A stretch of 64,000 bases of DNA from Candidatus Uhrbacteria bacterium (lineage in GTDB: Bacteria; Patescibacteriota; Patescibacteriia; UBA9934; GWF2-40-263), in the NCBI GenBank assembly GCA_037131775.1, contig JBAXQK010000001.1:12708-76707 (forward strand), written 5' to 3'. Positions within the stretch are counted from its first letter, which is position 1; every line of letters begins with the position of its first letter. The notes below the pieces were generated by a model. That model saw only the letters and a program-made list of their open reading frames with translations, was not told the origin of the DNA and searched no databases. The translations under genes and the position numbers were made by a program. Positions 58,449 through 64,000 of this stretch are shown here, in pieces.

Positions 58449-58525
58449 AGGCTATCAGAAATTTTCATTTTTGTCAAGGAACAGGGCATTCCTGGGTTGA
58501 CAAACATGGCAAATTAAGCTATGCT
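58449..58525. promoter_or_regulatory. Back-to-back sigma70 promoters
   Basis: Minus TTGACA(58477)-17-TAGCCT; plus TTGACA(58497)-17-TATGCT. Confidence 0.7.
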
Positions 58526-58566
58526 CCCTCCCTGGTTTCTCCTTCGAGATCCCAGCAGGAGCACAA

Positions 58567-59526
58567 TTGGAACTCACTCAAATTCTGGCCGAGCTCGCCT
58601 CGGCCGCCATCGCGCAACGCGGGTTCGACCCGTCGGCGATGGCGAAGCTGTCCGGAAACGCGTTCTACGGCGACACGGGAAACGGGGCGCAACGCCTCGC
58701 CGGTTTCGCGAGCGCGCTGAGCGCGGCCGGGGCCGACGAGGCCAAGATCGATCGGATCTCGACGATCCTCGAGGCCGTCGACACGGCGGCGAACGAGTCC
58801 CTGGACCACATCGTCGGCAGGACGAGGCGCGACCAGGACGATCTCACGGACGGGGAGCTCGCGTTCCTCGTCTCCTACCTCAAGGCCACCCGCAACCTCG
58901 ACGCGGACCCCAACGAGACGGACACGATGTCCTTCGAGGCGCCCGACGTCGGCTCGTCGAGTTCGCAACCGATTGGAAGCGGAGACTCTGGCGGAGGAGG
59001 TGGCGGTGGAGGGGGTTCTGGGCCGATCATCACGGCCAAGAACGTCGCGCCGACGAAGGTCCCTGGTTGGAGGCCGATCCTCGACGACCTTCACGCCCTG
59101 CTCGTCCAGTACGAATCGGGCAAGCGCCGCGTCGCTCATCTCGCGATCCGCGCGCTGGTTGACGGCTTGATCGACCCGCAACTCAAGGTCATCGCCGAGG
59201 AGTACGTCTTCGATCGCATGGCCTCCCCGAGGTTCGCCAAGGACGAGAAGTTCATTCGCCGCTTCGGCATGCCTCTCGAGCCCGAGCCGGAGACCGTCCC
59301 GGGGCCAGTTCCGCCCAATCCGCCGCAGCTCCCTCCGGTGAAGACCGCGGACGAGCTCGCCTGGGAGTCCGTCCGGGCGACCATCGACGCGATGTTCGCG
59401 GAGCTCGCTTCCGGCAACACGGACGCGGCAAGCAAGCTCTTCGCCCTGCGCGACGCGATCCCGGAAGGCGATCCAAAGCGCCTGGTCGCCGAACGCTACA
59501 TCGACCGCCGCTTCGCAGAAGCGTAG
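58567..59526 (+). CDS. Hypothetical helical protein with poly-Gly linker and duplicated C-terminal module
   Basis: AGGAG SD plus TTG; G-rich linker; two similar W..SG..D..AE.Y..R helical units. Confidence 0.7.
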   Translation: MELTQILAELASAAIAQRGFDPSAMAKLSGNAFYGDTGNGAQRLAGFASALSAAGADEAKIDRISTILEAVDTAANESLDHIVGRTRRDQDDLTDGELAFLVSYLKATRNLDADPNETDTMSFEAPDVGSSSSQPIGSGDSGGGGGGGGGSGPIITAKNVAPTKVPGWRPILDDLHALLVQYESGKRRVAHLAIRALVDGLIDPQLKVIAEEYVFDRMASPRFAKDEKFIRRFGMPLEPEPETVPGPVPPNPPQLPPVKTADELAWESVRATIDAMFAELASGNTDAASKLFALRDAIPEGDPKRLVAERYIDRRFAEA

Positions 59527-59531
59527 GCGCT

Positions 59532-59559
59532 ACCCGTGGTCCTCGACCACGGGTTTTTT
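59532..59559 (+). terminator. Intrinsic terminator
   Basis: ACCCGTGGTC-ctc-GACCACGGGT-TTTTT. Confidence 0.85.
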
Positions 59560-59567
59560 CTTTTCTA

Positions 59568-59596
59568 TTGACCCATTCCGTCCAAACGCGTATACT
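59568..59596 (+). promoter_or_regulatory. atp operon promoter
   Basis: TTGACC-17 nt-TATACT. Confidence 0.8.
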
Positions 59597-59622
59597 CTCC
59601 GCGTCTGTGGATATCCATTTTT

Positions 59623-59862
59623 ATGGGAAAAGACGCGCAATATCAGCGGTTGGCCATGAAAATATTCGCTGATTTCAGCGGATCGATTGCCATTCCTGCC
59701 GTTCTGGCGGCTTTCCTTGGCAAATGGCTCGATACGAGCTACGGCACGTCACCGAAGCTCATCATCCTTTGTCTCCTGGTCGCGTTCGTCCTTACGGGCA
59801 TCATCATCGTTCGAAAGGCCCGGAAATACTCTGAACTTTACGCCTCGATCGAAAAACTATGA
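59623..59862 (+). CDS. AtpZ/AtpI family protein
   Basis: GKWLDTSYGTSP, 2 TM segments, first gene of the atp operon. Confidence 0.85.
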   Translation: MGKDAQYQRLAMKIFADFSGSIAIPAVLAAFLGKWLDTSYGTSPKLIILCLLVAFVLTGIIIVRKARKYSELYASIEKL

Positions 59863-60677
59863 AAATTCCTCCGGCTGCCGCCGAAGTCATCTTCCACATT
59901 GGGACGTTCCCGGTCACGAACGCGTTGTTAAACGGCTGGGTCGCCGTCGTCTTTTTCGTGATCATCGCATCCTTTGTCAGCGAGCGTTCGGCTCTCGTTC
60001 CAAAGGGGATCCAGAACATCGCCGAGGCCATCGTCGAGTTCATGCTCGGAGAAATCCGGAAGGTGACCGGCGACGCGGCGCGCGCTCGCAAGTTCCTGCC
60101 GATCGTCGGAACGATCTTTCTCTTCATCCTCTTCTCCAACTGGCTCGGCCTGGTTCCCGGAACCGGATCCATCGGCATCTGGGAGACGAAAGAGGGTGTC
60201 CGCGAGCTCGTCCCGTTGTTCCGCCCGGCCGGCAGCGACCTGAACCTAACGCTCGCGATCGCGCTGTTCGCCGTCGTCGCCAGCCACGTCTTTGGCATCG
60301 TCGCACTCGGGCCGGTGGGACACGTCTCAAAGTTCGTGAACGTGCGCGGCGTTCTGAAGTCGTTGAGGCACGGACCGATTGCCGTGGTCGTCGCGCTCAT
60401 CGAATTCGGCGTCGGCCTGCTCGAGATCGTCTCGGAAGTTGCCAAGGTCCTGTCTCTCTCCCTCCGTCTGTTCGGAAACGTGTTCGCCGGCGAGGTGCTG
60501 ATCACGGTAATCCTCGGCCTGTTTGCCTACTTCCTCCCGATCCCGTTCATCTTCCTCGAGGTGCTCGTCGGTGCCATCCAGGCAACGGTATTCTCCATGC
60601 TGACGCTCGCCTACCTCACGGTGGCAACGGAAGCGCACGGTGAGGGTGACCACGAGACGGAAGCGGCCCACCACTAA
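59859..60677 (+). CDS. atpB: F0 subunit a
   Basis: SNWLGLVPG, SLSLRLFGNVFAGE, IQATVF. Confidence 0.96.
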   Translation: MKIPPAAAEVIFHIGTFPVTNALLNGWVAVVFFVIIASFVSERSALVPKGIQNIAEAIVEFMLGEIRKVTGDAARARKFLPIVGTIFLFILFSNWLGLVPGTGSIGIWETKEGVRELVPLFRPAGSDLNLTLAIALFAVVASHVFGIVALGPVGHVSKFVNVRGVLKSLRHGPIAVVVALIEFGVGLLEIVSEVAKVLSLSLRLFGNVFAGEVLITVILGLFAYFLPIPFIFLEVLVGAIQATVFSMLTLAYLTVATEAHGEGDHETEAAHH

Positions 60678-60688
60678 CCATCGTATTC

Positions 60689-60788
60689 CCGCCGTCGGAT
60701 CATTCTGAGAGCCCGTCCCGTCGAACCAATGCCTCCCAAGGCAAAATTGATTCGACCGGAGGGTCTCGCATCGCGGTCCGATGAGCGG
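60689..60788 (+). other. Long imperfect hairpin in the atpB-atpE spacer
   Basis: Nested pairs CCGC/GCGG, TCGGATC/GGTCCGA, GAGA-CCC/GGGTCTC, GTCGAA/TTCGAC, CAAT/ATTG, GCCT/AGGC. Confidence 0.65.
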
Positions 60789-60799
60789 ACTTACACTAA

Positions 60800-61037
<238 letters not shown>

Positions 61038-61039
<2 letters not shown>

Positions 61040-61160
61040 AGAGGCAAGAATCAAGAATGCAAGAATGCAAGGAAATTTCAAGAATCAGGTTTCAAAGTTT
61101 AAATTTGAATCTTAAATCCTGAATATTCCTTGTTTCTTGCCTCTTGTATCTTGCTTCTTT
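61038..61160 (+). repeat. CAAGA/TCTTG repeat hairpin from the atpE stop toward atpF
   Basis: Arms 61038-61096 and 61104-61160 built of about 7-8-nt CAAGAAT units. Confidence 0.85.
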
Positions 61161-61170
61161 CCTCCCTCAT

Positions 61171-61677
61171 ATGAATGAACCTACCGGCGGACTCGCCACG
61201 CTTGGCATCAACCTGAATATCTTTATCGCGCAGCTCGTGAACTTCACGATCGTGCTTCTCGTTCTCTGGAAATTCGCGTACAAGCCGCTCGTGAAGATGC
61301 TCGATGATCGCACCGCGCGCATCGACAAGAGCATGAAGGACGCCGACCACGTGGAAAAGCGCGTGGCCGCCCTTGAGGACGAGCGCAGGGCGATTGTCGC
61401 CGAGGCGCGCGCCGAGGCCGGCAAGATGATGGAGATGACGCGCAATGACGCGGAGGCGATGAAGGCCGATCTGACCGAGAAGGCCAAGCGCGAGGTGGAG
61501 AAGGTGGTCGCGAACGGCAAGGCCCAGCTGAAGGCCGAGCAGGAGGCGATGATGCGCGAGGCTCGCAAGGAGATCGTCGAGATCGCCATCCAGGCCGCGA
61601 AGAAGATTCTCGGGAACGAGGTGGACGACAAGAAGTCGCACTCGCTCGCCGAGGAGGTCGTCCGCAAAATGACCTAA
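61171..61677 (+). CDS. atpF: F0 subunit b
   Basis: IAQLVNF, YKPL, coiled coil. Confidence 0.95.
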   Translation: MNEPTGGLATLGINLNIFIAQLVNFTIVLLVLWKFAYKPLVKMLDDRTARIDKSMKDADHVEKRVAALEDERRAIVAEARAEAGKMMEMTRNDAEAMKADLTEKAKREVEKVVANGKAQLKAEQEAMMREARKEIVEIAIQAAKKILGNEVDDKKSHSLAEEVVRKMT

Positions 61678-61679
61678 CT

Positions 61680-62033
61680 ATGAAGGTCACCACCAAACAA
61701 CTGACAAACGCCCTGTTGTCCGTCACGGACGAAAAGACGGGGAAGAAGCTCGACGAGTCGGTCCGCTCGTTCGTCGACGTTCTCGCGAAGCGCGGGGAGC
61801 TCGGACGGGTGCGCGACGTGATCCGACGGCTGACGACGACCGTGGTCGCGGAGACCGCGTTTCCGCTCAAGCCGGCGCAGCGCAAGTCGATCCAGGAGGT
61901 GACCGGCACGATGATCGAGGAGATCGTCGATCCGACGCTCATCGGCGGACTCAGGCTTCGCATCAACGATCGCATCATCGACGGAACCATCGCCGGGCAG
62001 CTCGAACAGCTTAAGCGAACCCTTTCTGAATAA
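61680..62033 (+). CDS. atpH: F1 subunit delta (short form)
   Basis: [18 protein letters not shown]. Confidence 0.88.
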   Translation: MKVTTKQLTNALLSVTDEKTGKKLDESVRSFVDVLAKRGELGRVRDVIRRLTTTVVAETAFPLKPAQRKSIQEVTGTMIEEIVDPTLIGGLRLRINDRIIDGTIAGQLEQLKRTLSE

Positions 62034-62034
62034 T

Positions 62035-63528
62035 ATGGCATCGAACAACGACATCATCGAGGCGCTCAAGGCGCAGGTTGCCGCGTTCAAGGCGGACACG
62101 AAGGAGGAGAAGGTGGGAACCGTGATCTCCGTCGGCGACGGCATCGCGCGCATCTCCGGCCTTTCCGAGGTCCAGGCTTCGGAAATGCTTTTGTTTCCGA
62201 ACGACGTGTACGGCATGGCGCTCAACCTCGAGGAGGAGACCGTGGGAGCCGTCGTGCTCGGCGAGGCGAACAAGATCAAGGAGGGCGACATCGTGAAGAC
62301 GACCGGCCGCATCCTTTCGATCCCGGTGTCCGACGCCGTGGTCGGCCGCGTGGTCGATCCGCTCGGCAACCCGATCGACGGCAAGGGCAAGATCGTCGCG
62401 AAGGAATACTTCCCGATCGAGAAGCTCGCCCCGGGCGTCATGGCACGCAAGTCCGTCGGTGTTCCGCTCCAGACCGGAATCAAGGCGATCGACGCGCTCA
62501 TCCCGATCGGCCGCGGCCAGCGCGAGCTCATCATCGGCGACCGCCAGACGGGAAAGACCGCCATCGCCATCGACACCATCATCAACCAGAAGGGCCTCGG
62601 CGTGAAGTGCATCTACGTCGCCATCGGCCAGAAGGAATCCAAGATCGCAAAGATCGTGGCTAAGCTTGAGGAGGCCGGCGCCATGGAATACACCACGATC
62701 GTTCTCGCGGGAGCGTCCGACCCGGCCTCGATGCAGTTCATCGCGCCGTACGCCGGCTGCACCATCGGCGAGTACTTCATGGGCAAGGGCGAGGACGCGC
62801 TGGTCATCTACGACGACCTTTCCAAGCACGCCTGGGCCTACCGCGAAATCTCGCTGCTCCTCCGCCGCCCGCCGGGTCGCGAGGCGTACCCGGGTGACAT
62901 TTTCTACGCGCACTCCCGCCTCTTGGAGCGCGCGGCTCGCGTCGACGAGAAGAACGGCGGCGGATCGCTGACGGCTTTGCCGATCATCGAGACGCAGGCC
63001 GGCGACGTGTCCGCCTACATTCCGACCAACGTGATCTCGATCACGGACGGTCAGATTTACCTTGAGACCGACCTGTTCTACCGCGGTATCCGCCCGGCGC
63101 TCAACGTGGGACTTTCCGTCTCGCGCGTCGGATCCTCCGCCCAGACCAAGGCCATGAAGAAGGTCGCCGGAAAGCTGCGCCTTGACCTCGCGCAGTTCCG
63201 CGAGCTTGAGGCCTTCGCCCAGTTTGCCAACGACATGGACGAGCGCACCCGTTCCCAGATCGAGCGCGGCCGCCGCCTCACCGAGATTCTCAAGCAGCCG
63301 CAGTACTCGCCGCTCCCGTTCGAGGAGCAGGTCGTTTCGCTGTACGCGGTCACGAACGGCTACCTCGACAAGGTCGACGTGAAGAACGTCCAGGCCTGGG
63401 AGGAGAAGTTCCTCGACTACATGCGCTCGTCCGGATCGAAGGTCCTCGACGCGATGCGCGAGAAGAAGGAACTGAGCGACGAGATCGTCGCCGACCTGAA
63501 GAAAGCGATTGAAAACTTCACGAATTAG
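62035..63528 (+). CDS. atpA: F1 subunit alpha
   Basis: [24 protein letters not shown]. Confidence 0.98.
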   Translation: MASNNDIIEALKAQVAAFKADTKEEKVGTVISVGDGIARISGLSEVQASEMLLFPNDVYGMALNLEEETVGAVVLGEANKIKEGDIVKTTGRILSIPVSDAVVGRVVDPLGNPIDGKGKIVAKEYFPIEKLAPGVMARKSVGVPLQTGIKAIDALIPIGRGQRELIIGDRQTGKTAIAIDTIINQKGLGVKCIYVAIGQKESKIAKIVAKLEEAGAMEYTTIVLAGASDPASMQFIAPYAGCTIGEYFMGKGEDALVIYDDLSKHAWAYREISLLLRRPPGREAYPGDIFYAHSRLLERAARVDEKNGGGSLTALPIIETQAGDVSAYIPTNVISITDGQIYLETDLFYRGIRPALNVGLSVSRVGSSAQTKAMKKVAGKLRLDLAQFRELEAFAQFANDMDERTRSQIERGRRLTEILKQPQYSPLPFEEQVVSLYAVTNGYLDKVDVKNVQAWEEKFLDYMRSSGSKVLDAMREKKELSDEIVADLKKAIENFTN

Positions 63529-63604
63529 GCAGAAGGCTGAAAGGCGTAAGGCCTAAGGAATGCCGGTAAAACCCTTAAGCCTTTAGCCTTATCCCCTTAA
63601 GCCT
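63527..63604 (+). repeat. AGGC/GCCT heptamer-repeat hairpin from the atpA stop to the atpG start
   Basis: 32-nt arms 63527-63558 and 63573-63604; same family as 55927. Confidence 0.85.
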
Positions 63605-63609
63605 CCCCT

Positions 63610-64000
63610 ATGGCTTTGCAAACCCGCGCAATAAAACGACGCATCAAGTCCGTGAAGAACACCCGCAAGATCACCAAGGCGATGGAGCTGGTGGCGGGAA
63701 GCAAGATGCGCAAGGCCGTCGCGTCGGTCCTGGGAACCAGGCCGTACGCGCGTCTGGCTTTGGATACCGTGCGCAACATCGGCGCGGTGACGGACACCTC
63801 GCACCACCCGCTGCTGATGAAGCATGAGACGGTCGAAAAGGTCCTCCTTGTTCTCATCACCTCCGATCGCGGGCTTGCCGGCGGGTTCAACTCGAACATG
63901 CTGCGCAAGACGTTCGCAACGGTGAAGGCGCTTGGGACGGACGTGTCAGTCGAGACGGTGTGCATCGGACGCCGCGGAGCCGACGCGATGCGACGGGCTG
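63610..64000 (+). CDS. atpG: F1 subunit gamma (partial, runs off the window)
   Basis: IKRRIKSVKNTRKITKAMELV, SDRGLAGGFN. Confidence 0.96.
   Translation, partial: MALQTRAIKRRIKSVKNTRKITKAMELVAGSKMRKAVASVLGTRPYARLALDTVRNIGAVTDTSHHPLLMKHETVEKVLLVLITSDRGLAGGFNSNMLRKTFATVKALGTDVSVETVCIGRRGADAMRRA

Noticed and set aside
58981-59025. G-rich tract as a functional G-quadruplex or repeat element
   Set aside because: Explained by a poly-Gly linker with mixed synonymous codons

Overview
A GC-rich, gene-dense 64 kb bacterial chromosome segment. It is most consistent with a Patescibacteria/CPR genome; this is inferred from gene content, the Shine-Dalgarno-poor starts and the intron type. Standard genetic code. 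Core genes: recQ, rlmN, pepA, rsmI, metG, cvpA, tatD and the start of the F1Fo atp operon. Metal genes: znuABC with a divergent Zur, and a copA cluster. Oxidative, light and cold stress genes: msrA/B, ahpC, sod, glutaredoxin, TspO, a pyrimidine-dimer glycosylase, a cold-shock protein and an ice-binding protein. It also holds a pnuC-nadR NAD-salvage operon with NrtR-type boxes and three ABC exporter subunits. The most notable non-routine signals are: (1) a tRNA-Asn(GUU) split inside its anticodon by a 566-nt group I intron whose P1 loop carries an HNH endonuclease gene; (2) long imperfect heptamer-repeat hairpins running from an upstream stop codon to just before the next start codon, with mismatches biased to same-base pairs; (3) several REP-like palindrome families, some inserted in frame into proteins; (4) near-universal TATG start context without SD, against a small set of GGAGG-led accessory genes; (5) three frameshifted genes, one at a canonical A_AAA_AAG slip site. 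No CRISPR array, rRNA, integrase or transposase was seen. All calls are by eye, with no database searches.
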